Origin: Candidatus Methanosuratincola verstraetei
GTDB lineage: Archaea > Thermoproteota > Methanomethylicia > Methanomethylicales > Methanomethylicaceae
Assembly: GCA_049570475.1 (NCBI GenBank)
Contig: CP186953.1
Span: 384,001-448,000, forward strand
DNA: 64,000 nt
Direction of reading: 5' to 3'
Position 1 is the stretch's first letter, and each line of letters begins with the position of its first letter. A program made the translations under genes and the position numbers. The notes beneath the pieces were generated by a model. It saw nothing but the letters and a program-made list of their open reading frames with translations, was not told where the DNA came from and ran no database searches. This document shows positions 27,374 through 37,816 of this stretch, in pieces.

Positions 27374-27823
27374 ATGAGGCAGCTAGATGACTATGACCGG
27401 AAGATAATCGAGGTATTAAGGAAGGATGGGAGGGTCTCCTATAGGAACCTTGCCTCTGTTGTTGGCATATCGAACGTTGCAGTTAGGGACAGGGTTAGCA
27501 AACTGTTGAAGAGAGGCTACATAAAGGGTTTTTTTGCGCTTGCCGACTCGAGACTGATAGGGAAAGATGTCTCAGCAATTTTTGAGGTCGAGGCCAACAC
27601 GAATGAATTTTCTGAAGTTGTGGACAGGATCTCTGCATATGAGGAAGTCACAAAGGTCTATGAGAAGGTCGGCGCCCCAACTATTTTCGTCCATGCAAGT
27701 TTCAGCAACATTGATGAGATGCAAAATTTCGCTGAGAGGATTTACAAGATGAAAGGCGTAGTCAAGGTCGTATCATCAATGATTTACAAAAGACACAAGT
27801 TCGATCCGTCTCTGGATGTATGA
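27374..27823 (+). CDS. Lrp/AsnC-family transcriptional regulator
   Basis: LDDYDRKII..L.KDGR.SY...RVSKL...GYIKGF plus RAM domain. Confidence 0.9.
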   Translation: MRQLDDYDRKIIEVLRKDGRVSYRNLASVVGISNVAVRDRVSKLLKRGYIKGFFALADSRLIGKDVSAIFEVEANTNEFSEVVDRISAYEEVTKVYEKVGAPTIFVHASFSNIDEMQNFAERIYKMKGVVKVVSSMIYKRHKFDPSLDV

Positions 27824-27869
27824 CTGCTTCACTTCCCGATCTAAAATGAAAAATCATTTAAATGAAAAA

Positions 27870-28145
27870 TCATTTCAATATCTTGAAGTCAGAGAATTCG
27901 TTCCTGCTTTCTTGCCACTCAATGGATAGGTTGTCTACCTTGGAGTTGGGCGGCCCAATCCTGAGCTCGGAAATCAGGTCCATCAGCTTGCCCTTCTCCC
28001 CTTCGGCCAAGACCTCAACACTCCCGTCCTTCTGGTTCCTGACGTATCCTTTGAGGTCCAGCCCCCTAGCAATGCGATACGTATAGTACCTATAGCCAAC
28101 TCCTTGCACAACGCCTGTGACCCTGATCTTAACGCGCGCTGTCAA
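27870..28145 (-). CDS. acyP: Acylphosphatase
   Basis: GVVQGVGYR, GYVRNQKDGSVE; TTG 28145 with AGGTG RBS preferred. Confidence 0.92.
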   Translation of the reverse strand: MTARVKIRVTGVVQGVGYRYYTYRIARGLDLKGYVRNQKDGSVEVLAEGEKGKLMDLISELRIGPPNSKVDNLSIEWQESRNEFSDFKILK

Positions 28146-28314
28146 AAAACACACCTGTTGTATCAAAGTATGACGGAAATACTATAAAAAACATACTTAA
28201 AACAAAAGATTGCACTCGCGTTGGCTAAAATTTGGAAGGATTGCCAAAGAGCCGATCTAATAAGATTAATATGAATAGGCAGTTAGATGGAAGTGGATTA
28301 AAGGATGGTCCAGC

Positions 28315-29076
28315 ATGACAATCGAAGAAGGGCAGGAGATACTGCTTTACGTCAACGAAAAGAAGAGTTGGATTGTGACCGTAGAAAGCGGGAAAAAGTT
28401 CCACACTCACAAAGGAATCGTAGATCTGGGTGAGCTGATTGGGAAACAATATGGAACGGAAGTGAAGACCACACTGGGGCTACCCATGAAGGCGATGCCT
28501 GTAGACTACTTGGACCACCTCGAGAGGGTTTCCAGAAAGACCCAGATCATATACCCAAAGGACATAGCGCTCATCACTCTTCTGGCTAATGTAAAGCCAG
28601 GAACTAGGGTTGTGGAGTGCGGTACTGGGAGCGGGTCGCTAACGAGCTACTTGGCTACGCATGTCCAGCCTGATGGAATGGTGTACACCTACGAGATGAG
28701 GGAGGAGTTCCAGAGGATAGCTCGGAAGAATCTTGAAAGGATGGGACTGATGAAGAATGTTGAGATGAAGCTGAAAGACATCAATGAAGGGATAGATGAA
28801 AGGGAAGTCGATGCAATCGTCTTGGATATGGCAACCCCATGGCAAGTAGTGGGCTTGGCTCATGATGCACTCAGGACAGGGGGCAGGCTGGTCAGCTTCA
28901 GCCCAACAATAAACCAAGTCGAGAAGACTGTTGAAGAAATGCGTAGCAAAGGTTTTTTGGCAGTAAAGGCATTAGAACTACTGATGCGGACGTACAAGGT
29001 CAAGGCAAATGAGACAAGACCCGATATGATAATGGTGGGTCACACAGGATATATCGTTTCTGGGAGGAAAGGGTGA
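28315..29076 (+). CDS. trmI: tRNA (adenine-N1, A57/58) methyltransferase
   Basis: TQIIYPKD, ECGTGSG, LDMATPW, GHTGY. Confidence 0.93.
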   Translation: MTIEEGQEILLYVNEKKSWIVTVESGKKFHTHKGIVDLGELIGKQYGTEVKTTLGLPMKAMPVDYLDHLERVSRKTQIIYPKDIALITLLANVKPGTRVVECGTGSGSLTSYLATHVQPDGMVYTYEMREEFQRIARKNLERMGLMKNVEMKLKDINEGIDEREVDAIVLDMATPWQVVGLAHDALRTGGRLVSFSPTINQVEKTVEEMRSKGFLAVKALELLMRTYKVKANETRPDMIMVGHTGYIVSGRKG

Positions 29077-29411
29077 TGGAGAGAGTTCTAACAGGGTTGA
29101 AGAAAGCCGAGGGTTTTGCAGATGAGATAGAGAGCGAAGCAAAGGCAAAAGCAGACGAGCTGGTGAGGAGGGCTGAGGAGGAGGCCAAGAGACTGGAGCT
29201 TGAGTCTGAGCAGAAGGCGAAGGGGATTGGTGAGGAAGCGTATTCCAGGAAGGTTTCCGAAGCTAAAAAGATCACTGAGAAGATCAGGAAAGAGAGCGAA
29301 GCCTCTTCGGCGCTGCTTAGGAAGAAAGCTGAGGAGAAGAAGAAGGACTGTGTTGACGAAGTTGTGGAAGCCGTTCTCAGAGATCTCAACCCGCAAGCAG
29401 CGGAGAGCTGA
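29073..29411 (+). CDS. atpH: A/V-type ATP synthase subunit H (peripheral stalk)
   Basis: All-helical charged protein (LKKAE..ADEI..EAK..A) directly upstream of subunit C. Confidence 0.7.
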   Translation: MMERVLTGLKKAEGFADEIESEAKAKADELVRRAEEEAKRLELESEQKAKGIGEEAYSRKVSEAKKITEKIRKESEASSALLRKKAEEKKKDCVDEVVEAVLRDLNPQAAES

Positions 29412-29416
29412 AAATA

Positions 29417-30343
29417 TTGAGCGACCCTGTTTATACAGTCGTAAAGGCCTCTGCGAGAAAAGGCAGACTCCTGACTAGGGAGGAGTTTTTGGAGCTGTCA
29501 TACTCCAAGGATCTGAAGGAGTTGGCGAATAAGCTCAAAGAAAGGGTTCCCACCCTTGAAGTCCCTGCATTAAGTGCGAAGGCGCTTGAAGCCTCACTTT
29601 ACAGCGCATACCTTGCTGAGGTCGATGAGTTCACAAAAACATCAGACAGGCTGAAGAAGGCGTTGAGCTTCTTCAAGAGGGAGGTCACAGATACAGAAAG
29701 GGCAGAGGCCTTGAAGTCGGCCCTAGCCGGAAATTTGCCTGAAAAGCAGAGGGAGGAGCCCCTCATCAGGCTCAAGGCAGAAGGTTTCGATCGAGAGGTC
29801 GAGGCTTCCTCAAAAGCATTCATGAAATACAGGATCCCTGGTTTGGTAGACGTAGCCTTCGCAAGGCAGAGGATTCTTGACCTTTGCGAGGATATCGGAA
29901 AATTGGGCAGGGAGGCTAGAACTGGGCTTACTGATTTCGTGAAAACGAAAGTAGATTACTTCAATTCAATGACAATCATCCGCGGCCTCAAGAACGGGGT
30001 TCCGCCGGCTGCGATTAGCGAATTACTGATTTATCAGTTGGGCAGCATCCCTGATGAGAGGCTTAATGAAGCGACAAAGCAAGGCGATTCAGAAAAGGCG
30101 GCCGCTTTCCTTTTGAGCACATTGTCATCCAAAGGTTCGGGTGCGAGAGACCTGGAAAGGCTATACGAGGAGAGGCTTGGCAAGAATGCAGAGAGGGCAT
30201 ACTATAGGAATTACTCAAACCTTGCAGCTGTGTTTTCATACCTTGAGCTCAAGCTGAGGGAAACAAAGAACCTCATAAGGCTTGCCAACATAATTGAGAG
30301 AGAAATGGATCCCAAAAAGTCTGTCCAGGAGTTTATTTACTGA
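29417..30343 (+). CDS. atpC: A/V-type ATP synthase subunit C
   Basis: YTVVKASARKGRLL, DYFN...IIRG, YLELKLRETKNLIRL. Confidence 0.8.
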   Translation: MSDPVYTVVKASARKGRLLTREEFLELSYSKDLKELANKLKERVPTLEVPALSAKALEASLYSAYLAEVDEFTKTSDRLKKALSFFKREVTDTERAEALKSALAGNLPEKQREEPLIRLKAEGFDREVEASSKAFMKYRIPGLVDVAFARQRILDLCEDIGKLGREARTGLTDFVKTKVDYFNSMTIIRGLKNGVPPAAISELLIYQLGSIPDERLNEATKQGDSEKAAAFLLSTLSSKGSGARDLERLYEERLGKNAERAYYRNYSNLAAVFSYLELKLRETKNLIRLANIIEREMDPKKSVQEFIY

Positions 30344-32264
30344 CCTGGATTGGGACCCCCACAGCCAATCGGAAGGGGCTGAAGCGCACCCCTCCGTCAT
30401 TGTAGAACTTGCTGAACCACTCATAGAAGTGAAGCCTCAGATCCTGGGCCAGAACCAAGATCCCTTCAAGCAAGACCACGAACACATTCCCTACAACTAT
30501 AAGAAGCGGCGATAGGACGAACCCTAGACCTCCACCCGAAGTAATCTCAGCCAGGCTGTAGAAGACGGTTGTGAGCATTATGTGCGCAACCACCATCGCG
30601 AAAATTCGCAGGTAAGAAACGGTGTTTGAAATGAAGCTTATCATTGTCTCGAAGATTTCGAAGAACATCTCGCCGAGCTTGCCCACGCCTTTCTTGCCGT
30701 GCTTTGCTATCTCGTAGAATGGCTCTGCTACAAAGAGGAAGGCTATCGGCCCCAATATGTAGTAGATCGGACCAGAGAACCACTCCATGAGATTCAGCCC
30801 AAAGCCAAAGACAACATATATGAAGCCGATGTAAAGGGCGAGCTTCGGCAGGTTGACTAGGAAAGCTGTCGAGTACCTCCTCTGGATGAGGCTGTTGGCG
30901 AACGAAAGTGAAAGACCCAGAGAGATGTGCGCGACGCCTACGAACAGGGAGATCTTCAGCATTGTCATCAGGTCTTCAGAAGGGTGGAGCGGCGCCTCGT
31001 ATCCAACCAGATGGTGGAGAGATTGCCCGAAGAATTCACCATACAGCAGGGCGCCGATTATTGCCCCTGCAAGACCAGTAATGACCAACACCAATCCTAT
31101 CTTCTTCATTGAGCCGAAGAACCTGTAGAATACGAGCCCGAGCAAAGCGAGCGAAATCCCATGGCCAAGATCCCCAAACATCAGCCCGAACAAGATCGGG
31201 AAGCTGAGCGCCATGATTGGCGTGGGGTTGACCTCATTGTAAGAAGGGGAGCCATAGAGATTTGTTATCGAATCAAAGATCTTGAAGAACCGCGGGTATT
31301 TGTAAGAAACAGGAATGGAGGCGGATGCCAAGTCATCCTTCACGAACGACACTACGCGACCGTTCAGGACTTGCTGCACCGAATTCGTCAGCTCTTGAAC
31401 ATGATCCTTTGGCACGTAGCCTTCGAGCACTGCCCAATTTTTGCTGTATGAGGATTTTCCCTTAACAGACAGGATTGAACTTGCATCACTCACAGATTGC
31501 TCTAGATAGAGAAGCCTTCCATAGTTCTTTTCAAGCTGAGAGATTCGCTCTGCCTTATTCTTTTTGGCATTTTCAAGCTCTGATTCCAACGCCTCCAGCT
31601 TGGCTGAGAATTGTGAGAGGCTTCCTTTGAACGCCTCAGGAAGCGCTATGGAACGGAAGCCTGCCGATTCGAGCTGCTGCATCACACGGGGCTCTTGGCT
31701 TTTCAGATAGACCACTAGCACCACAACAGGCTCCACAGAAGCCTCAACTACCACGCACGTTTGCGGCAGCGAAGACCTAAGGTCGGATACTGAAGACTTC
31801 TCTGAACGGGCAAAAATGAAGCTGAAGGCTCTTAGCTGAGAGAGCATCTCCAAAGAATTGGATCCCAAAGTTCCGGAAGCAATGCTCTTCCAGAGTAGGA
31901 GACTCTCTGCCAACCTCTCCTCGATCTTAGCCACATCGTCTAGATCACGGATTATTTTTTCATAACTTGAGACTTCAGACTCGATGATTGCCACATAATC
32001 TTTCCAATCCCTTGCCGAAATTGGGGAGCATGCAGGCGTTGAGGCCCCTAGCGGGAGATAATTTCTCGTTTTCGAGACAAGATCCTTGATCCTACCCCTT
32101 AGGGACTCGACCTCGCCCACATATTCGGCTGTTACTGATTCGCCCATTTCCCTTAGGGAAAGATGAAGGTTGGCCTTCTGGTTGACTGCGTCAATAACTT
32201 TCTCGGAATCAGATTTTAGAAAAATTAAGGAGGTGTAACACATCCTGATTGGGCGTAGCATCAA
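30333..32264 (-). CDS. atpI: A/V-type ATP synthase subunit I (a)
   Basis: YNEVNPT, FGLMFGDLGHG, SNTVSYLRIFA, LRLHFYEWFSKFY. Confidence 0.95.
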   Translation of the reverse strand: MMLRPIRMCYTSLIFLKSDSEKVIDAVNQKANLHLSLREMGESVTAEYVGEVESLRGRIKDLVSKTRNYLPLGASTPACSPISARDWKDYVAIIESEVSSYEKIIRDLDDVAKIEERLAESLLLWKSIASGTLGSNSLEMLSQLRAFSFIFARSEKSSVSDLRSSLPQTCVVVEASVEPVVVLVVYLKSQEPRVMQQLESAGFRSIALPEAFKGSLSQFSAKLEALESELENAKKNKAERISQLEKNYGRLLYLEQSVSDASSILSVKGKSSYSKNWAVLEGYVPKDHVQELTNSVQQVLNGRVVSFVKDDLASASIPVSYKYPRFFKIFDSITNLYGSPSYNEVNPTPIMALSFPILFGLMFGDLGHGISLALLGLVFYRFFGSMKKIGLVLVITGLAGAIIGALLYGEFFGQSLHHLVGYEAPLHPSEDLMTMLKISLFVGVAHISLGLSLSFANSLIQRRYSTAFLVNLPKLALYIGFIYVVFGFGLNLMEWFSGPIYYILGPIAFLFVAEPFYEIAKHGKKGVGKLGEMFFEIFETMISFISNTVSYLRIFAMVVAHIMLTTVFYSLAEITSGGGLGFVLSPLLIVVGNVFVVLLEGILVLAQDLRLHFYEWFSKFYNDGGVRFSPFRLAVGVPIQVSK

Positions 32265-32285
32265 GATGCACCCGGTTTACGGCAA

Positions 32286-32648
32286 TCAGATCCTAAGCCA
32301 CAACAGGATTGCAATGATTAGGCCGTAGATGGCTATTGCCTCGCATAGGGTTACGACAAGGAAGGCTTTGAAGAAGGTCTCAGGCTTTTCTACCAGCGAC
32401 GAGATGGCCGCCGATCCGCTCTTCGCAAGCGCATACCCTGCTGCTAATGCGGGAAGGCTTATTGCGAGAGCAATGGAAATGGTTATCATTGAAGTGTCCA
32501 CAGCTTGAGCTGGCTGGGTCAAGGCTTCTGCTGGAACCGATGCAGAAACAATGCTCAATCCAAGCATTAGAAGCAAGACGGGCATCAGTGTGGCTAAAAT
32601 TATGAATAATCGCCGGGGCGGTATCGACTCTACGAAGTTAATTTTCAA
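32286..32648 (-). CDS. atpK: A/V-type ATP synthase subunit K (c, proteolipid)
   Basis: Single hairpin with EKPE loop and EAIAIYG carboxylate; N-terminal hydrophobic extension. Confidence 0.92.
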   Translation of the reverse strand: MKINFVESIPPRRLFIILATLMPVLLLMLGLSIVSASVPAEALTQPAQAVDTSMITISIALAISLPALAAGYALAKSGSAAISSLVEKPETFFKAFLVVTLCEAIAIYGLIIAILLWLRI

Positions 32649-32809
32649 GGGACAACCTCCGGTTTGGTTTCAGTCTCTTTATTTATCTCGTCCTTCCTTA
32701 AATTTATTTTTGAGGCGATTTCTTCTCGAAATAATTTTGCCAAAGCCCTGAATTCTTTCAATTTCTTTTCATAAGCAGCATCTATTTCTTTCAGGATTTC
32801 ATCATGCAT
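32645..32809 (-). CDS. Small helical protein between atpD and atpK (crenarchaeal epsilon-like subunit?)
   Basis: Overlaps both neighbours, GGAGGT RBS, charged helix; position matches the small Sulfolobus atp-operon gene. Confidence 0.55.
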   Translation of the reverse strand: MHDEILKEIDAAYEKKLKEFRALAKLFREEIASKINLRKDEINKETETKPEVVP

Positions 32810-33443
32810 TTTCATGGACCTCCGCACGTCTCTCAAGTATGCGCTTCACTTTCTTTACCCTGACAAATTCTTCCCTGTCCCTCTCCTCGAGGATGTTTGA
32901 TATCATGGATACCGTAGCAGAGTATCTTGGGATCAGAAACTGTTCCAATGCGTTTATTCTCCTTTGCGTCCTCTTCACTTCCTCGACCAGGTTGATCAGC
33001 GTGTTTTCCAGTTCAGCCACCCTAACTATGAGCTGGAGCGCCTGCTTGAACTTTTCAGCGGCTTCGTCTATGAAGACGGTTGGCCTCTCGAATCCATAGT
33101 TTGTCGTTCTGACCAAATTCTCCAAATTCAGGGAGATGACCGAGACACCCATCACTTTTTTCTTTGAGGTGGAGAGATCGAAGGTTGTTGATGGGAATTT
33201 TGCCGCAGACTCTATTTCCTTTGATCCTACAACCGCTGCGGCTTGGTCAAGCTTAGTATAGGCTTCCCTTAGGAGGCTGTCGAGTTCGCCCCTGAGTTTT
33301 GTGGCCTCGCCGATGCGCCTGTTCACCTCGAGCAGAAGTATGTCCCTCTTCTCCTCCAAAAGATCGTGCGCCCTGCTCAGAAAAGATAGCGTACGCTTGA
33401 ACCTGATCAGGTTCATCTTCGAAGGCGCTACTCGGAGGGACAT
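32802..33443 (-). CDS. atpD: A/V-type ATP synthase subunit D
   Basis: PSKMNL, LLEEKRD, TQRRINALE, LEERDREEF. Confidence 0.95.
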   Translation of the reverse strand: MSLRVAPSKMNLIRFKRTLSFLSRAHDLLEEKRDILLLEVNRRIGEATKLRGELDSLLREAYTKLDQAAAVVGSKEIESAAKFPSTTFDLSTSKKKVMGVSVISLNLENLVRTTNYGFERPTVFIDEAAEKFKQALQLIVRVAELENTLINLVEEVKRTQRRINALEQFLIPRYSATVSMISNILEERDREEFVRVKKVKRILERRAEVHENA

Positions 33444-33452
33444 GAGTTAGCC

Positions 33453-34832
33453 TCACTTTGGCCTGTAGTACTGCTTGAGGAACTTGTCCGAGATCCTGGT
33501 CAGCTCGGACTCTGGAAGCAAGGATAGCATTTCCCACGCCAGCGACAGGGTTGTCTCCAAGCTCCGGTTCTCGTCGAACTTCTGGCTCAGGAAGCGCTGC
33601 TCGAATGCGTCGCCGAATCTCAGGTATGCTCTGTCCTTCTCCGTGAGGCCTTCCTCACCGATGATGGCACTGAGCTGCCTTAGCTCTTGGGATCTGGCAT
33701 ATGCTGAGTAGAGCTGGCTGGCAACAGGCCCGTGGTCCTCCCTCGTCTTTCCCTTCCCTATGCCGTCCTTCATCAACCTTGAGAGGCTTGGGAGGATGTT
33801 AATCGGCGGATAGATGCCTCTGCGGTGCAAGTCCCGGTCTATCACGATCTGCCCCTCAGTGATGTATCCCGTGAGATCCGGGATGGGGTGGGTGATATCG
33901 TCGTTCGGCATCGTTAGGACAGGCATCTGGGTTATGCTGCCTTTCTTGCCCTTTATGCGACCAGCTCGCTCGTATATCGAGGCGAAGTCGCTATACATGT
34001 AGCCAGGGTAGCCCTTCCTGCTCGGGACCTCCTCCCTTGCCGCGCTAGTCTCCCTCAGCGCCTCTGCATAGTTCGTCATGTCAGTGAGGATAACAAGGAC
34101 ATGCATGTCCCTCTCGAATGCAAGGTATTCTGCCAAGGTAAGCGCGCAGCGGGGGGTTACTAGCCTCTCAACCGGAGGATCGTCAGCCAGGTTTAGGAAC
34201 AGCGAGGAGTTCTTGAGTGCCCCAGATTCCTCAAAACTCCTTTTGAAAAAGGCGGCCTCGTCGTGCTTGATCCCCATGGCGACGAATATGACTGCGAAGC
34301 TGGTCTCCTCCCCCGGGATTGTGGCCTGCCTTGCGACCTGGGTTGCAATCAGGTTATGGGGCAGCCCTGACCCTGAAAAGAGCGGCAGTTTCTGACCCCT
34401 AACAAGGGTGTCCATACCGTCTATTGCTGAAATGCCGGTCTGAATGAACTCGTTAGGGTAATCCCTCGAGTACGGGTTCATGGGCAGCCCGTTGACGTCG
34501 CGGTAGTCCTCCGTGAAAGGCGTGGGTCCGCCATCAATAGGCTCTCCCGTGCCGTTGAAAACCCTTCCAAGCATGTCATCAGAGACAGGCAGCATCAACG
34601 GCTTGCCGAGGAATTTTATCGAGGTTTCTGTGGTAGAGAGGCCGGTGGTTCCCTCGAAGACCTCGACAACAGCCATGCCCTTTGAGACCTCAAGCACCCT
34701 TCCCCTCCGCATCTCCCCTTCGCTAGTCCTTATTTCTACGAGCTCATTATAACCTACATTGGACACGCCCTCCACAAAGACTAGCGGTCCGCTGATCTTC
34801 GTGACCCCTCGGAACTCCATCTGCACAGTCAT
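33453..34832 (-). CDS. atpB: A/V-type ATP synthase subunit B
   Basis: [37 protein letters not shown]. Confidence 0.97.
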   Translation of the reverse strand: MTVQMEFRGVTKISGPLVFVEGVSNVGYNELVEIRTSEGEMRRGRVLEVSKGMAVVEVFEGTTGLSTTETSIKFLGKPLMLPVSDDMLGRVFNGTGEPIDGGPTPFTEDYRDVNGLPMNPYSRDYPNEFIQTGISAIDGMDTLVRGQKLPLFSGSGLPHNLIATQVARQATIPGEETSFAVIFVAMGIKHDEAAFFKRSFEESGALKNSSLFLNLADDPPVERLVTPRCALTLAEYLAFERDMHVLVILTDMTNYAEALRETSAAREEVPSRKGYPGYMYSDFASIYERAGRIKGKKGSITQMPVLTMPNDDITHPIPDLTGYITEGQIVIDRDLHRRGIYPPINILPSLSRLMKDGIGKGKTREDHGPVASQLYSAYARSQELRQLSAIIGEEGLTEKDRAYLRFGDAFEQRFLSQKFDENRSLETTLSLAWEMLSLLPESELTRISDKFLKQYYRPK

Positions 34833-36604
34833 TAGAACTTGACCTCCATAAGCTTCTTGATCTCTGCAGAAAGCGCCTCTGAGAACTTCTGGATCTCGTT
34901 TATGCGCTCATTCTCAATGGACATCCTCAGCTTTGCTAGCTCAGCAAGCTGGGGCAGTGAAACGAGCTTCGAGGCAGGGACGCCTTTTGATATTGCAGCG
35001 CTGGCGGCGTCGTGGAAGTTAAGTATTGCGTCGAGCAGGATGAACTGCTTCTCTGGAGACGAGTATGTGTCTATCGGATCGTAGGCATTCTGCTGCAGGA
35101 AGCCCTCCCTCAAGAGCCTTGCCGTCTCCAGGACGAGTTTTTCTGACTCAGGAAGGGCCTCAGACCCGACCAGCCTAATGACTTCCTTCAGCTCATCCTC
35201 GCGCTTCAGTATCTCCATTGCCTTCAGCCTCTGCGACCTCCATCGGTTCGCTGTGAGTCGGTTCCACCAGCTCTCGACATAGTCGGTGTATTCAGAATAG
35301 CTGGTGAGCCAGTTGATGGCAGGGTAATGGCGCATGCTAGCCAGCGTGCTGTCCAGCGCCCAGAAGCACCTTACGAAGCGCTTGGTGTGGACGGTTACTG
35401 GCTCAGAGAAGTCGCCCCCTGGCGGGGAGACGGCACCGATGAGCGTCACTGACCCGACGCCGCCCCCAAGCGTCTTTACCCTACCCGCCCTTTCGTAGAA
35501 CTCCCCAAGTCTCGAGGACAGATATGAGGGGTAGCCTTCTTCGGCAGGCATCTCTTCAAGCCTACCGGAGATCTCCCTGAGCGCCTCGGCCCACCTGCTT
35601 GTCGAGTCTGCCATTATGGCAACGTTGTATCCCATGTCCCTGAAGTACTCTGCGATGGTAATTCCGGTGTATACACTCGCCTCCCTTGCCGAAACAGGCA
35701 TGTTGCTTGTGTTGGCTATTAGCACAGTCCGCTCCATCAGGGGCCTTCCGCTCTTCGGATCCTTCCACTCTGGGAAGGTCAAAAGAACCTCGGTCATCTC
35801 GTTGCCCCTCTCCCCACAGCCTATGTAGACGATGACTTCTGCGTCAGACCACGCAGCAAGCTGGTGCGAAGTGATCGTCTTTCCCGTTCCGAAACCTCCG
35901 GGAATGGCCACGGCACCGCCCTTGGCGACTGGGAAGAAGGTGTCTATGATCCGCTGCCCAGTTATGAGCGGCTCTGAGGGCTCCAGCCTCTCGACATAGG
36001 GTCGGGGCTCCCTGACGGGCCATTGGTGGTACATCTTCAGCTCTATCTTGCCCTTCTCGCCGGAGACGCGGCAGACAGTATCCTCGACCGTGTAATCCCC
36101 TTCTTTTGCTATGAACTCAACTTTCCCCTTCACGTTAGGCGGGACCAGGCACCTGTGCTCGAAAATCGGGGTCTCCTGGACTGTCCCCATCACCTCCCCG
36201 CCCGAGACAACATCACCCTTCTTTAACTTCGGGACAAAGTGCCATTCCTTTTCCCTCGGCAGCGCCGGCGTCTTTATCCCACGCTTGATGAAATCCCCTG
36301 TGAGTTGCTGGATGACCTCCAGAGGCCTCTGGATGCCGTCAAATATGCCCATGAGCAGTCCAGGACCAAGTTCGACTGCAAGGGGCATGCCCGAACCCAG
36401 CACTTTTTCGCCTGGCTTAAGCCCAACAGTGTCCTCGTAGACCTGGATTGTAGCGGAGTTGCCCTCCACCCTGACGACTTCGCCGATCAGCTCGTCCTTG
36501 CCTACCATCACAAGCTCGTGCATCTCCAGACCTGAGACGTCCTCCGCAACAACAACCGGACCGCTAATCTTACGGATTTTCCCTTTTATCCCCATCACGA
36601 TCAC
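34832..36604 (-). CDS. atpA: A/V-type ATP synthase subunit A
   Basis: [23 protein letters not shown]; no intein. Confidence 0.97.
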   Translation of the reverse strand: MIVMGIKGKIRKISGPVVVAEDVSGLEMHELVMVGKDELIGEVVRVEGNSATIQVYEDTVGLKPGEKVLGSGMPLAVELGPGLLMGIFDGIQRPLEVIQQLTGDFIKRGIKTPALPREKEWHFVPKLKKGDVVSGGEVMGTVQETPIFEHRCLVPPNVKGKVEFIAKEGDYTVEDTVCRVSGEKGKIELKMYHQWPVREPRPYVERLEPSEPLITGQRIIDTFFPVAKGGAVAIPGGFGTGKTITSHQLAAWSDAEVIVYIGCGERGNEMTEVLLTFPEWKDPKSGRPLMERTVLIANTSNMPVSAREASVYTGITIAEYFRDMGYNVAIMADSTSRWAEALREISGRLEEMPAEEGYPSYLSSRLGEFYERAGRVKTLGGGVGSVTLIGAVSPPGGDFSEPVTVHTKRFVRCFWALDSTLASMRHYPAINWLTSYSEYTDYVESWWNRLTANRWRSQRLKAMEILKREDELKEVIRLVGSEALPESEKLVLETARLLREGFLQQNAYDPIDTYSSPEKQFILLDAILNFHDAASAAISKGVPASKLVSLPQLAELAKLRMSIENERINEIQKFSEALSAEIKKLMEVKF

Positions 36605-37224
36605 CCGAATAACTTTTCAGCTACTCTCCCCCTCATCTCATCCTTCTTGGATTTGAGTATGGAGTCGATTGTCCTGTCTATGGCAACCTTGCCATCCTTC
36701 GATATCAGCACAAAGCCCCCCGTCCCCAAATCTTCTACTGATATATCACATTTTGGTCCCAGAATTTTTCTTATCGTATCTTCGCCTAACCTCTCAAAGT
36801 CTCTCTTATTCAGGACTACCTTCCCTACATGGAAAAGGCTAGAAATGGACGTCAGCTGTTTTTGCATAATCTCTAAATATTCTTCCTTTTCAGCAAATTC
36901 CAACAGCCGTTCTCTTGCCTCGTCGAATACGCCCTCTATGACTTCCTCCTTAATGCGCAAGGCCTGCATCCTTGCATCGATCTCTGCCTTCGATATCTCC
37001 TTCCTGTATTCGACCTCGGATGATTCTATATACGAGTCCAGAATCTCATTGCTCCGCCTGATCGAGTATTTTTTCGATTCAGACATGATCGATTCGACTG
37101 TGTTCAATGCTTCAGCCATAAGTGCGTCTACCTTTGAACCAGTCTCCTCGAACAGGGCACTGATCAGCCTATTGAAGCCCTCTGTGTCAATTGGTCTTTG
37201 AAGATTAACAGGTTTGCCGCTCAA
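36601..37224 (-). CDS. atpE: A/V-type ATP synthase subunit E
   Basis: Coiled N-terminus, [17 protein letters not shown]; operon position. Confidence 0.85.
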   Translation of the reverse strand: MSGKPVNLQRPIDTEGFNRLISALFEETGSKVDALMAEALNTVESIMSESKKYSIRRSNEILDSYIESSEVEYRKEISKAEIDARMQALRIKEEVIEGVFDEARERLLEFAEKEEYLEIMQKQLTSISSLFHVGKVVLNKRDFERLGEDTIRKILGPKCDISVEDLGTGGFVLISKDGKVAIDRTIDSILKSKKDEMRGRVAEKLFG

Positions 37225-37520
37225 ACTTTGACCCCCATTATCCGGCTTATCATAGACTTGAGATCCACAGTGGTTCCAGATTTTTTGCCAGGGACCTCCA
37301 AATAAACAGGCAGTTTGCTCCTTGTTTTTAGCCGCTCTATCTTCTCACCCACGGCAGAAACGTAGTCGCCGTCCATCAACACGATCCCAGCCTCCTCATT
37401 GGATAACAGACCCTCGAGCGCACGGAGGAATTCGTCATCGCTGGTAACTGCGATCGGATGGACTCCTGCAATCTTATAGCCCTCTGCCAATTGCGGGCTA
37501 CCAACGAAAAAAATTTTCAT
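37221..37520 (-). CDS. atpF: A/V-type ATP synthase subunit F
   Basis: MKIFFVG...GYKIAGV...P..LEVPG. Confidence 0.88.
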   Translation of the reverse strand: MKIFFVGSPQLAEGYKIAGVHPIAVTSDDEFLRALEGLLSNEEAGIVLMDGDYVSAVGEKIERLKTRSKLPVYLEVPGKKSGTTVDLKSMISRIMGVKV

Positions 37521-37536
37521 TGCCTGATCACATTAA

Positions 37537-37803
37537 CTAAGGTTTTTGCGGTGTTCCGATTAATGCTTTCACCTTATTTAGTTTATCTATCAGACGATCA
37601 TATTTGGATACGGGCTCAACGATTAGTCCTAGGGATTTTATTGCTTCAATTCCATCTATCGAATATATTGGGGCCTCAATCTTGACTGGTTCGTCGAACG
37701 GGTTGCCCACCACATAGTCCCTGTATGGCAGGTTTGCCCTGTGTTCTACGACCCAGCCGCCGAGGGTTATTACGTGTTTACCGCGAATTGCTATCTTGGG
37801 CAT
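37537..37803 (-). CDS. ehbP: Energy-converting hydrogenase B subunit P
   Basis: LGGWVVE...PYRDYVVGNPFDEPVKIEAP; follows ehbO. Confidence 0.8.
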   Translation of the reverse strand: MPKIAIRGKHVITLGGWVVEHRANLPYRDYVVGNPFDEPVKIEAPIYSIDGIEAIKSLGLIVEPVSKYDRLIDKLNKVKALIGTPQKP

Positions 37804-37816
37804 CCTCAGTCCTCCT

